Below are positions 1 to 11,112 of a stretch of DNA of 64,000 nt, in pieces. The position numbers were made by a program, and so were the translations under genes. Position 1 is the first letter of the stretch; the number at the start of each line of letters is the position of its first letter. A model generated the notes under the pieces. It was not told where the DNA came from and did not search any database. It saw only the letters and a list, made by a program, of their open reading frames with translations. The stretch is from Eledone cirrhosa (taxonomy: Eukaryota): positions 1,054,001 through 1,118,000 of the forward strand of contig OZ024763.1 in NCBI GenBank assembly GCA_964016885.1, read 5' to 3'.

Positions 1-2350
1 ACTTATATCAATTGACAGCAATACTATGACCATACCAACAGCTACACCTATATCAATTGATAGCAATACTATGACCATACCAACAGCTACACCTATATCA
101 ATTGACAGCAATACTATGACCATACCAACAGCTACACCCATATCAATTGACAGCAATACTATCAGCATACCAACAGCTACACCCATATTAATTGATAGCA
201 ATACTATGACCATACCAACAGCTACACCTATATCAATTGATAGCAATACTATGACCATACCAACAGCTACACCTATATCAATTGATAGCAATACTATGAC
301 CATACCAACAGCTACACCTATATCAATTGACAGCAATACTATCACCATACCAACAGCTACACCTATATCAATTGATAGCAATACTATGACCATACCAACA
401 GCTACACCTATATCAATTGACAGCAATACTATGACCATACCAACAGCTACACCTATATCAATTGACAGCAATACTATCAGCATACCAACAGCTACACCTA
501 TATCAATTGACAGCAATACTATGACCATACCAACAGCTACACCCATATCAATTGACAGCAATACTATCAGCATACCAACAGCTACACCTATATCAATTGA
601 CAGCAATACTATCAGCATACCAACAGCTACACCTATATCAATTGACAGCAATACTATGACCATACCAACAGCTACACCCATATCAATTGACAGCAATACT
701 ATCAGCATACCAACAGCTACACCCATATCAATTGACAGCAATACTATCAGCATACCAACAGCTACACCTATATCAATTGACAGCAATACTATCAGCATAC
801 CAACAGCTACACCCATATCAATTGACAGCAATACTATCAGCATACCAACAGCTACACCTATATCAATTGACAGCAATACTATCAGCATACCAACAGCTAC
901 ACCTATATCAATTGACAGCAATACTATGACCATACCAACAGCTACACCTATATCAATTGATAGCAATACTATGACCATACCAACAGCTACACCCATATCA
1001 ATTGACAGCAATACTATGACCATACCAACAGCTACACCCATATCAATTGATAGCAATACTATGACCATACCAACAGCTACACCCATATCAATTGACAGCA
1101 ATACTATGACCATACCAACAGCTACACCCATATCAATTGACAGCAATACTATGACCATACCAACAGCTACACCCATATCAATTGATAGCAATACTATGAC
1201 CATACCAACAGCTACACCCATATCAATTGACAGCAATACTATGACCATACCAACAGCTACACCCATATCAATTGATAGCAATACTATGACCATACCAACA
1301 GCTACACCCATATCAATTGACAGCAATACTATGACCATACCAACAGCTACACCCATATCAATTGATAGCAATACTATGACCATACCAACAGCTACACCTA
1401 TATCAATTGACAGCAATACTATGACCATACCAACAGCTACACCTATATCAATTGACAGCAATACTATGACCATACCAACAGCTACACCTATATCAATTGA
1501 CAGCAATACTATGACCATACCAACAGCTACACCTATATCAATTGATAGCAATACTATCAGCATACCAACAGCTACACCTATATCAATTGACAGCAATACT
1601 ATCAGCATACCAACAGCTACACCCATATCAATTGACAGCAATACTATGACCATACCAACAGCTACACCTATATTAATTGATAGCAATACTATGACCATAC
1701 CAACAGCTACACCTATATCAATTGACAGCAATACTATGACCATACCAACAGCTACACCCATATCAATTGATAGCAATACTATCAGCATACCAACAGCTAC
1801 ACCCATATTAATTGACAGCAATACTATCAGCATACCAACAGCTACACCCATATCAATTGATAGCAATACTATGACCATACCAACAGCTACACCTATATCA
1901 ATTGATAGCAATACTATCAGCATACCAACAGCTACACCTATATCAATTGACAGCAATACTATCAGCATACCAACAGCTACACCCATATTAATTGACAGCA
2001 ATACTATCAGCATACCAACAGCTACACCCATATCAATTGATAGCAATACTATGACCATACCAACAGCTACACCCATATCAATTGACAGCAATACTATGAC
2101 CATACCAACAGCTACACCCATATCAATTGACAGCAATACTATGACCATACCAACAGCTACACCTATATCAATTGACAGCAATACTATCAGCATACCAACA
2201 GCTACACCCATATTAATTGATAGCAATACTATGACCATACCAACAGCTACACCCATATCAATTGACAGCAATACTATGACCATACCAACAGCTACACCCA
2301 TATCAATTGACAGCAATACTATGACCATACCAACAGCTTCACTTATATCA
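1..2350 (+). repeat. 45-bp coding minisatellite, ~52 copies, encoding TIPTATPISIDSNT(M/I)
   Basis: Unit atgaccataccaacagctacacc(t/c)atatcaattga(c/t)agcaatact repeated in tandem. Confidence 0.97.
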
Positions 2351-5300
2351 AATTTGACCGTAGACAGCGATGTTTCTAAGTTTCCTACTTGCTCTTCAAA
2401 AGCTGTGCAGTGCACTATGTGCTGCAATAACAAACAACACAGCTCAACTTCATGTGCAGTTGCAAATCCGTCTTTACTGAGTCACACGTCTGGTTGTCAT
2501 AGCAACGTATTAGATGACCATCAAGAAAAAAAATCAGAGCTTGCTGTTGATGATAATGAGCTATCTGCTTCGTTAGTAAACAATTCTAAACAGGGTTCTG
2601 AAACAGAGCTTGTAGTAGTAGATGGGTCTGCCTGTGAAGAGATGGATTTCTCAGCTGCTGATGAGACTGGTTTAAAGACTACTGGGGCCCTTATTGCAAG
2701 GGATTGTCCCTTCACTTCGGCAACAACAAATGAGGGCCCTGCTGTAGATTTCATTGTGAATGAAACTAGCATGATTGAAGCAGTTATTGATGACAGTGGA
2801 TGTGCAGTGTTAACCACAGGACCTCTGAATTGTCCAGAACTGATCGTGTTAAACGAACCAATAGCAGCTGACCAAGTGCATGAGGACGGTCCACATGTGA
2901 CCTTCACAAGTGATGTAACTGAAGAGGCAGTGAACCAGGAGACGGTTAATGATCAGGAACATTCACAGTTGAATATTTGTGGCCTTAATGTGGCTTACAC
3001 ACCTCTCCCTGTTGAGTTCTGTGAAGTAAATGTGACCCGAGTGCCGTTGGTGGTGTGTGATAAAAGTGATGACAAACCTAGTACCACATCAATAGGAAAT
3101 GATGTTCCTGTAGATGATGAGACAGGGACGGCTGTGTCGGTGGGAGAAGAGAACACTGACAATGAAATATTGGCACCTATAAGAGGCGAGAATACTGAGT
3201 CTGAAAGTTCTTTGGTTGTAAATAGAGAGCTTGAAAATGAGACGGCTTTAATGGATGACGAACCTGAACCTGATACAACAGCTGTAGAAAATATTTCAAC
3301 AGAGAACCATGGAGCTGAGAGTGACACAGTGGAAATTGTATCAGCTGGAGAGAGTGGCCTTGAATCAAACCTCATTGATCTAGTGTCTGAAGATGAAAGT
3401 GGGCCCAAAAGTAGCCTCATCGATCTAGATTCTGAAGAGGAAAGTGGGCCCAGAAGCAGCTTCATTGATTTAGGGTCTGAAGAGGAGAGTGAGCCCAAAA
3501 GTGACCTTGTTGATCCAGAGTCTGCAGATGAAAGTGGGCCCAGAAGCAGCTTCATTGATCTAGAGTCTGAAGAGGAGGGTGGGCCCATAAGTGACCCCGT
3601 TGATCCAGAATCTGAAGAGGAGAGTGAGCCCAAAAGTGACCTCGTTGATCTAGAGTCTGAAGATGAAAGTGGGCCCAGAAGCAGCTTCATTGATCTAGAG
3701 TCTGAAGAGGAGGGTGGGCCCAAAAGTGACCCTGTTGATCCAGAATCTGAAGAGGAGAGTGAGCCCAAAAGTGACCTCATTGATCCGGAGTCTGAAGAGG
3801 AGAATGAGCCCAAAAGTGACCTCATTGATCTGGAGTCTGAAGAGGAGGATGAGCCCAAAAGAGTCCCCTACGATCTAGTAGTGCCTGAAGAGGAGAGTGG
3901 GCCCAAACCTAACCTCATTGAACTAGTGCCTGAAGAGGAAAATAGGCCCAAAAGTGAGATAATGGAAATTGTCCCAATGGAGGATAGTGACCCCCAAAAT
4001 GGCACAGCTATTGTGGTTGAATCAACGATGGACATTGAACCTAAATGTGAGAGAAAAGTCGTGTCTGTAAGACGTGGCAGTCCTGGGAACGAGACACTGA
4101 CAATTGCTGCAGAGACAGACTATGTCTCAGTTAGATGCGGTGTATTTGAAAACAAGACAATACAAGCTGAATCACTTGTAGACAGTGTATTTGAAATCCA
4201 GACAGTAGAAGCAGAGTCAGTTACAAACTGTGTACTTGAAACTGAGTCAACAATGGAAAATGAAACCGAGGACAAGATGGTGACTGTTGTTTCTGTAAAA
4301 GACAGCTGTGTTGTTGTAAATGAAGTTATAGCAATGGACGGTGTACTTGAAAATGAGGTGGCAGTTGAGGCTAAATCAGTAATGGACGATACAGTTGATG
4401 AAAGTGAGGTGTCAGCAGATGCTGTATCAACTTTAAACGATACATTTGACAGTGGATCAGTATTAGTATTGGAGGATACAGTTGATGAAAGTGAGGTATC
4501 AACAGATGCTGTGTCAACTTTGAACAGCACATTTGACAGTGGGTCAGTATTAGTATTGGATGATACATTTGATGAAAGTGAGGTAACAACAGCAACTGAT
4601 GCTGTGTCAACTTTGAGTGGCACATTTGAAACTGGGACAGATGCTGTGTCAACTTTGAGCGACACATTTGAAAGTGAGGTATCAACAGCGACTGATGCTG
4701 TGTCAACTTTGAGCGATACATTTCAAACTGAATCAGTATCAGCAATGGAGCATACAGTTGATGAAAATGAGGTATCAACTGCGACAGAAGCTGTATCAAC
4801 TTTGAGCGGCACTTTTGAAACTGAGACAGAAGTTGAATCTGAAATAGCAATGGATGACGATGTTTGTGAAAAACCAACAGCAACAACAACAGCTGCTGTG
4901 TTAACAAGGCAAGTTATTGAACCAACTGAAATCGAGACTAGACATGGCATTGCTGATACACCTGTTGTCATGGAAATAAACAGGGTGGCTTTGTCTGATG
5001 TGAGCCATGGGGTGCCTCAAATGGAGGCAACGCCACCAGAAATATTCAGTTTTCCGGGCTCTACCCACATAAATACCCCACCAAACAGTAGGCAACCTCA
5101 GAACAAGATAACCACGTTGAAAAGGATAAGCAGCTCACCCTGTCATAAGGAAAATCTGTCTGAAAAGAAAATGGAAATGCATGCACATGCAGTGCACGAA
5201 AAAGAAACAGCTACACTTGTAATGTACAAACAGCAGATGACTGAACGTGTAGAGAGCGCCAATATACCTGAGGTAGCTAAACTCCTGGTTGTTGAACCTG

Positions 5301-8212
5301 TGATATCTGGTAGTGCACCTGGAAAGTCAACTTCTACGTCAATATATTACCCTGTACCTGTAATGAATCCAGCTGTTTTACCTGAAACCTATAGCAGTGT
5401 ACCTGTAATGAATCCAGCTGTTTTACCTGAAACCTATAGCAGTGTACCTGTAACGAATCCAATTGTTTTACCTATGGACTGTAGCAGTGTACTTGTAACA
5501 AATCCAGCTGTTTTACCTGAAACCTATAGCAGTGTACCTGTAACAAATCCAGCTGTTTTACCTGAAACCTATAGCAGTGTACCTGTAACAAATCCAGCAG
5601 TTTTACCTGAAACCTATAGCAGTGTACCTGTAATGAATCCAGCTGTTTTACCTGAAACCTATAGCAGTGTACCTGTAACAAATCCAGCAGTTTTACCTGA
5701 AACCTATAGCAGTGTACCTGTAATGAATCCAGCAGTTTTACCTGAAACCTATAGCAGTGTACCTGTAATGAATCCAGCAGTTTTACCTGAAACCTATAGC
5801 AGTGTACCTGTAATGAATCCAGCAGTTTTACCTGAAACCTATAGCAGTGTACCTGTAACAAATCCAGCTGTTTTACCTGAAACCTATAGCAGTGTACCTG
5901 TAACGAATCCAACTGTTTTACCTGAAACCTACAGCAGTGTACCTGTAATGAATCCAGCAGTTTTACCTGAAACCTATAGCAGTGTACCTGTAATGAATCC
6001 AGCAGTTTTACCTGAAACCTATAGCAGTGTACCTGTAACAAATCCAGCAGTTTTACCTGAAACCTATAGCAGTGTACCTGTAATGAATCCAACTGTTTTA
6101 CCTGAAACCTACAGCAGTGTACCTGTAATGAATCCAGCTGTTTTACCTACAGACTGTAGCAGTGTACCTGTAACAAATCCAAACGTTTTACCTGAAACCT
6201 ATAGCAGTGTACCTGTAACAAATTCAACTGTTTTACCTGAAACCTATAGTCATGTACCTGTAACAAGTCCAACTGTTTTACCTGAAACTAATCCATCTGT
6301 TTTACTTGAAGCCTGTAGCAGTGTACCTGGAAAAGAGGTGACAACAGCTTTACCTGTGGCAGGTAGCAGTATATGTGATGAAGAAGAAATACCTGCAGAA
6401 GTTAACAATTTACCTGGCAAGGAAACAGCTGCTGTGTTTCCAGTGTATGATGTCACCACATGTAGAAAGGTGGAGTTGGTCACTCTGCTTCCAACATGTG
6501 GCGCTACACAAAGTGTGGAGGAGTCTGATGTTGTACCTGATAGCAGCTTATCTGGAAGAAACGAGGCGATACCTGCTATACGTGTGGGGTGTAGCAATGC
6601 TCCCGAAACCAAGTGGACAACAGCGCCAGGTGTGAATAACAGTGTTAGTGTGTCTGGTAAAAAGTCACCACTCGTTGGCACGGCCGTGCCCCCACTACCT
6701 CCACCTCTACCACCACCACCACCTCCACCACCACCACCACCACCACCACCACCACCTCCACCTCCACCACCAGCATCGTCATTATCTTTGTTATCATATA
6801 ACCATGTGGCTGAGAAGGTGACGGCCATGCCAGCTACATGTAGCACTTCATGTAGGGGTTTACTTCACACAGATCCACCACCCGTACCTGTAACATCCAT
6901 CAGTGTATTGAGTACGGCGATGGTTACAACTTCAACATGTAGCAGTGTGCCACCAGAGGGAACATGGAGCAGCGTGTCGTTATCAGAGAAATCTACATGT
7001 CCAACACATGGCGACGTAGTGCAGAGCACAACGGTGGCATCTGCGCTGTTAACATGTGGCAGCAGTCTAGTAACGGGCGGAGCACACGGATCTTTGACAT
7101 GTGGCACATGCAATGTAGTAGAAACATTAGTAACACCATCCACACCACAGACATGTAGCACAAACGATGTATTACAAACAACAGCAACACCATTAACATC
7201 TCAAACATGTAGCACAAACAATGGATTACAAGCAGCATCATTTACAGCTCAAACATATTGTACAGACAGTGTAACAAGACCACTAACATCACAGACATGT
7301 AGCACAGACAATATATTACAAACAACAACATCATTCACAGCTGAAACATGTGGTACAGACAGTCTAAGAAGACCACTAACATCACAGACTTGTAGGAGTT
7401 TAGTAACAGATGAAACAGTAACTACAGTGTCCACATGTGGGAATGCCACATGCCGGGAAGATGAAGGAAGTATGGTTGGAAACATTCCGAAAGATATTGG
7501 ATATGAATATGGGACACGTTTCAGCAATGTAGAGATTTTTCGTTCGTCTGCAGAACATGTAGGCCATGAAAGACACGAGAAATCTTTGGGTGAGAGGGCC
7601 AGGATCTTTGAAGAAGAGACTGAAGATGACCCACCACTCTTAGTGTTGTCTAAAGTTGCTGCGGCCAAAGTTTCAGAGGCAGCAGTAGAGTGTGTGGCGG
7701 TGTCTGCGCATTCTACAATGTCTGCCTGTGCTACTGAGTCGAGAGCCGAAGACAGTCCTTACAGCTCTATAACCATGTTGAGTTTTGAGAGCAATCTCGA
7801 GCTAGAAGTGGTTCCCGAGGCAATAATGGAAGGAGATATTCTATACGAGGACTTCCCCAGTTCAACCGTGGTTGTGCCTACCACTGTCGGTCCTCTCGAT
7901 AGCAATGCAACTTTGGATACTCCTCCTGATTGCCGGAAAATGATACAGTATCTTTCTGATGCACCGCCAAGGGCACTAAAACGTGCTTTACCCACACTAA
8001 CTTTACCTGTTGCTCATGTAGATCCAGCCCTCCACAATTTCAAATTACAATCAACTACCACCACTCAGTGGTCAGCTTTCGACAATGCTGAAGGTCCAAC
8101 ACCAGAGAAATGCGCCAAAATAATGGAATCCACTTTATTAGAGTCTGCTTGTGCATCTGCTCGTAATTCTGACCCTAAAGCTGGGTCAAGCCTTAATCCC
8201 AGCCCTAATTGA
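1..8212 (+). CDS. Giant terminal coding exon (5'-truncated by window edge) of an unknown low-complexity, repeat-rich protein (>=2,736 aa; T/P/S-rich arrays, acidic SIM-like array, poly-Pro)
   Basis: Frame is open from position 2 to TGA at 8210-8212. Repeat variants are largely synonymous (CCT/CCC, GAC/GAT, GCT/GCA, TAT/TAC) and never introduce a stop in this frame. AT-rich, UTR-like sequence follows. No globular domain recognised. Confidence 0.8.
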   Translation, partial: LISIDSNTMTIPTATPISIDSNTMTIPTATPISIDSNTMTIPTATPISIDSNTISIPTATPILIDSNTMTIPTATPISIDSNTMTIPTATPISIDSNTMTIPTATPISIDSNTITIPTATPISIDSNTMTIPTATPISIDSNTMTIPTATPISIDSNTISIPTATPISIDSNTMTIPTATPISIDSNTISIPTATPISIDSNTISIPTATPISIDSNTMTIPTATPISIDSNTISIPTATPISIDSNTISIPTATPISIDSNTISIPTATPISIDSNTISIPTATPISIDSNTISIPTATPISIDSNTMTIPTATPISIDSNTMTIPTATPISIDSNTMTIPTATPISIDSNTMTIPTATPISIDSNTMTIPTATPISIDSNTMTIPTATPISIDSNTMTIPTATPISIDSNTMTIPTATPISIDSNTMTIPTATPISIDSNTMTIPTATPISIDSNTMTIPTATPISIDSNTMTIPTATPISIDSNTMTIPTATPISIDSNTMTIPTATPISIDSNTISIPTATPISIDSNTISIPTATPISIDSNTMTIPTATPILIDSNTMTIPTATPISIDSNTMTIPTATPISIDSNTISIPTATPILIDSNTISIPTATPISIDSNTMTIPTATPISIDSNTISIPTATPISIDSNTISIPTATPILIDSNTISIPTATPISIDSNTMTIPTATPISIDSNTMTIPTATPISIDSNTMTIPTATPISIDSNTISIPTATPILIDSNTMTIPTATPISIDSNTMTIPTATPISIDSNTMTIPTASLISNLTVDSDVSKFPTCSSKAVQCTMCCNNKQHSSTSCAVANPSLLSHTSGCHSNVLDDHQEKKSELAVDDNELSASLVNNSKQGSETELVVVDGSACEEMDFSAADETGLKTTGALIARDCPFTSATTNEGPAVDFIVNETSMIEAVIDDSGCAVLTTGPLNCPELIVLNEPIAADQVHEDGPHVTFTSDVTEEAVNQETVNDQEHSQLNICGLNVAYTPLPVEFCEVNVTRVPLVVCDKSDDKPSTTSIGNDVPVDDETGTAVSVGEENTDNEILAPIRGENTESESSLVVNRELENETALMDDEPEPDTTAVENISTENHGAESDTVEIVSAGESGLESNLIDLVSEDESGPKSSLIDLDSEEESGPRSSFIDLGSEEESEPKSDLVDPESADESGPRSSFIDLESEEEGGPISDPVDPESEEESEPKSDLVDLESEDESGPRSSFIDLESEEEGGPKSDPVDPESEEESEPKSDLIDPESEEENEPKSDLIDLESEEEDEPKRVPYDLVVPEEESGPKPNLIELVPEEENRPKSEIMEIVPMEDSDPQNGTAIVVESTMDIEPKCERKVVSVRRGSPGNETLTIAAETDYVSVRCGVFENKTIQAESLVDSVFEIQTVEAESVTNCVLETESTMENETEDKMVTVVSVKDSCVVVNEVIAMDGVLENEVAVEAKSVMDDTVDESEVSADAVSTLNDTFDSGSVLVLEDTVDESEVSTDAVSTLNSTFDSGSVLVLDDTFDESEVTTATDAVSTLSGTFETGTDAVSTLSDTFESEVSTATDAVSTLSDTFQTESVSAMEHTVDENEVSTATEAVSTLSGTFETETEVESEIAMDDDVCEKPTATTTAAVLTRQVIEPTEIETRHGIADTPVVMEINRVALSDVSHGVPQMEATPPEIFSFPGSTHINTPPNSRQPQNKITTLKRISSSPCHKENLSEKKMEMHAHAVHEKETATLVMYKQQMTERVESANIPEVAKLLVVEPVISGSAPGKSTSTSIYYPVPVMNPAVLPETYSSVPVMNPAVLPETYSSVPVTNPIVLPMDCSSVLVTNPAVLPETYSSVPVTNPAVLPETYSSVPVTNPAVLPETYSSVPVMNPAVLPETYSSVPVTNPAVLPETYSSVPVMNPAVLPETYSSVPVMNPAVLPETYSSVPVMNPAVLPETYSSVPVTNPAVLPETYSSVPVTNPTVLPETYSSVPVMNPAVLPETYSSVPVMNPAVLPETYSSVPVTNPAVLPETYSSVPVMNPTVLPETYSSVPVMNPAVLPTDCSSVPVTNPNVLPETYSSVPVTNSTVLPETYSHVPVTSPTVLPETNPSVLLEACSSVPGKEVTTALPVAGSSICDEEEIPAEVNNLPGKETAAVFPVYDVTTCRKVELVTLLPTCGATQSVEESDVVPDSSLSGRNEAIPAIRVGCSNAPETKWTTAPGVNNSVSVSGKKSPLVGTAVPPLPPPLPPPPPPPPPPPPPPPPPPPPPASSLSLLSYNHVAEKVTAMPATCSTSCRGLLHTDPPPVPVTSISVLSTAMVTTSTCSSVPPEGTWSSVSLSEKSTCPTHGDVVQSTTVASALLTCGSSLVTGGAHGSLTCGTCNVVETLVTPSTPQTCSTNDVLQTTATPLTSQTCSTNNGLQAASFTAQTYCTDSVTRPLTSQTCSTDNILQTTTSFTAETCGTDSLRRPLTSQTCRSLVTDETVTTVSTCGNATCREDEGSMVGNIPKDIGYEYGTRFSNVEIFRSSAEHVGHERHEKSLGERARIFEEETEDDPPLLVLSKVAAAKVSEAAVECVAVSAHSTMSACATESRAEDSPYSSITMLSFESNLELEVVPEAIMEGDILYEDFPSSTVVVPTTVGPLDSNATLDTPPDCRKMIQYLSDAPPRALKRALPTLTLPVAHVDPALHNFKLQSTTTTQWSAFDNAEGPTPEKCAKIMESTLLESACASARNSDPKAGSSLNPSPN
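3326..4000 (+). repeat. 45-bp coding repeat, ~14 degenerate copies, encoding (L/F)IDLxSEEESxPKS(S/D)
   Basis: Translation shows 15-aa periodicity: LIDLVSEDESGPKSS/LIDLDSEEESGPRSS/FIDLGSEEESEPKSD... Confidence 0.9.
4385..4830 (+). repeat. Degenerate coding repeat (TDAVSTLxxTF/ESEV units)
   Basis: Recurrent gatgctgt(g/a)tcaacttt motif at irregular spacing. Confidence 0.8.
5351..6300 (+). repeat. 45-bp coding minisatellite, ~21 copies, encoding VPV(M/T)NPAVLPETYSS
   Basis: Unit cctgtaatgaatccagc(t/a)gttttacctgaaacctatagcagtgta in tandem. Confidence 0.95.
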
Positions 8213-8928
8213 ACATAGCAAAAAAAATAAAAGAAGAGGAACAAAATCAGATTTTCAATCAGCAAACTCATTTTTGTTGTCGTTGAAGGCAAATATTTAA
8301 ATTAAGACCCCCCCCCCCCCAAAAAAAAAAAAAATTGGCCTTTTTTTTTTTGTGTATGTGTGTGTGGTTTTCAAATACTACTACTACTACTACTGCTGCT
8401 GCTACACAAGAAGTGTTTTAAGGCCAATTTCCCTGCAAAAGCTGGAGTTAGCTTTGCAGGCCCCATGATGGGGGTCCTTTTTGGAGGCAATGTTTTACAA
8501 ATGGAGGCCTTTTATGTCACCAATCCTCTTAATCGCCTCGTTTTGGGTTGTTTTTTTTTTCAAAATACTTCTAAATGAAATTTTCTGCTTTTCCCAATCA
8601 ATTTATATTTGTCCTGAGGAACAAAGAAACGGTTACCAAGCACAAGTAAAGAATTCTTAATATAACTATTTCATTGAAATTTTGATTTTGGGAAAAAAAA
8701 ATTCTTTATATAAATTCTTCTTGATTAATGAAGTACAAAACTTGGAACAATGTTTTTTTTTTCTCTCTACTAACATTATAAAGTATAAATCTTTAAAAAC
8801 TGTACACATACATACAATATATATGGTATGTAAGTGTGTGTGTGTTTATATACACAAGCTTGTACACACATAATTTTTTTTTTTTTCGTAATTTTATAAA
8901 GTATGATTCTTTGTACATACATATATAC

Positions 8929-8963
<35 letters not shown>

Positions 8964-9303
8964 GTATGTGTGTGTGTAGTGTGTGTGTGTACATAGCTAT
9001 ATACACTCACACACACACACACACACATCTACGCATATACAAAAGCTGTGATATTTCTCGATATTCTATACTATGTTACTGTTACATTGTCACTTTCAGC
9101 TCATTCCACTGCAGTCTAGCACAACTATCTGTACATGTGTTACACATGTGGCAAGTATTTCTACATGCCACATGTGATGAGGTTCTACACACATGCAGTG
9201 TGTTTGTACAGACATTCTTCACACAGGGCTTGCTTGTGCTTGTACACACAATGGGTGTTTATGAATATATATATATAATATATATATTACATATATATAC
9301 ATG

Positions 9304-9339
<36 letters not shown>

Positions 9340-9768
9340 CTTATCTCTATATATATGATATATATATACATATATATATATACATTATATATATATATGT
9401 ATGTATGTATATATATATATGTATGTATATATATATACATGTAGATATATATGTATATATATATATATATATAAACATGTATATGTAGATATATATGTAT
9501 ATATATATATATATAAACATGTATATGTATATATATATGCATATATATATATATACATATTTATATATGTATATTTATATATATCATATATATAAGATTA
9601 AATTATTTATTTCTAACCCCTGTCACCATTACTGGAACTATTTATTCTCTCTATTATTTATTCCTCCCACTCTTCCCCTCATTTCTTTCTCCTTCACCTT
9701 AATATTTTTCTTCTTCTTCCTCTTTGCTCTTAGATGATTCCTGTGTGTCTCTCTCTCTCTATCTCTCT

Positions 9769-9811
<43 letters not shown>

Positions 9812-10090
9812 CACACAGTATTCAAATTTTATAACGATATATATATCTTTCAATGAAATTAAATTTTTTGTTTTTTACGTTTAATATTTCTTTTTTGTTT
9901 TGTTTTGTATCAGTAATGTATAATATTATCATCAACTATTCTATGTAAATTTTGGATGGAACAGTGCAAAATAGAATGGTTTCCCCCTCTCCGAACCCTT
10001 TCAGATACCTTTTTTTTTTTTTTTTTTTTTTCGTTGTTGTCGCTGCAATCATCCATAGCTTATTGCAATATATATATATATTATATATAT

Positions 10091-10135
<45 letters not shown>

Positions 10136-10283
10136 GAGAGAACCAAAAGAGAATAAATCTGTAGAAAATATTAAAATGAAATGAAAATAAAATCTCTCAA
10201 TATTGTTTAAATGTGTTAAAATGTGTTGTTTTTGTTTGGGGATTAATATCTTCATTACCATGTGAAGATATATGACTTGGTGT

Positions 10284-10900
10284 TTAACCCTTTACTATTT
10301 ACATTACTCTATATATGCTATTGTATTTTCACAGTAATGGCTTTACCTCACATAATATTTACTCTATATATACTATTGTAGTTTCACAGTAATGGCTTTA
10401 CCTCACATAATATTTACATTACTCTATATATACTATTGTATTTTCACAGTAAAGGCTTTACCTCACATAATATTTACATTACTCTATATATACTATTGTA
10501 TTTTCACAGTAAAGGCTTTACCTCACATAATATTTACATTACTCTATATATACTATTGTATTTTCACAGTAAAGGTTTTATCTCACATAATATTTACATT
10601 ACTCTATATATACTATTGTATTTTCACAGTAAAGGTTTTATCTCACATAATATTTACATTACTCTGTATATACTATTGTATTTTCACAGTAAAGGCTTTA
10701 CCTCACATAATATTTACATTACTCTATATATACTATTGTATTTTCACAGTAAAGGCTTTACCTTACATAATATTTACATTACTCTATATATACTATTGTA
10801 GTTTCACAGTAAAGGTTTTACCTCACATAATATTTACATTACTCTATATATACTAGTGTATTTTCACAGTAAAGGCTTTACTTCACATAATATCTCACAT
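10284..10900 (+). repeat. 60-bp satellite (~10 copies) starting at a TTAA-CCCTTT MITE left end
   Basis: Unit ttacattactctatatatactattgtattttcacagtaaaggctttacctcacataatat; same unit lies inside MITE copies at 27321, 29079, 38155 and 44241. Confidence 0.9.
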
Positions 10901-11112
10901 AATGTTGGCTTTGTGCCTAAAGTAGAAACGATTATTACAGAATCAGAGTGTCAAATGAATTCTTTGCGGCATTTGTTCACATCTCGTTGAGGTCAATTTT
11001 GCCTTTGGTCCCTTCCAGCCAAATACTTGGCTTAATAATAACACACACACCAGTTTAGTTTAACTTCGGTTTTATTATTAATATTATTTTGTTCTTGATA
11101 AAGTGCGTAACT

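Noticed and set aside
1-2350. CRISPR-like regular repeats (also 10284-10900, 33365-34015)
   Set aside because: Head-to-tail units without unique spacers, no cas genes, eukaryotic context
2521-8292. Minus-strand and alternate-frame ORFs over the giant exon
   Set aside because: Shadow ORFs of repetitive coding sequence
8682-10261. [12 protein letters not shown] ORFs here and at 54100-61150 and 63075-63377
   Set aside because: Translations of (TA)n/(CA)n microsatellites
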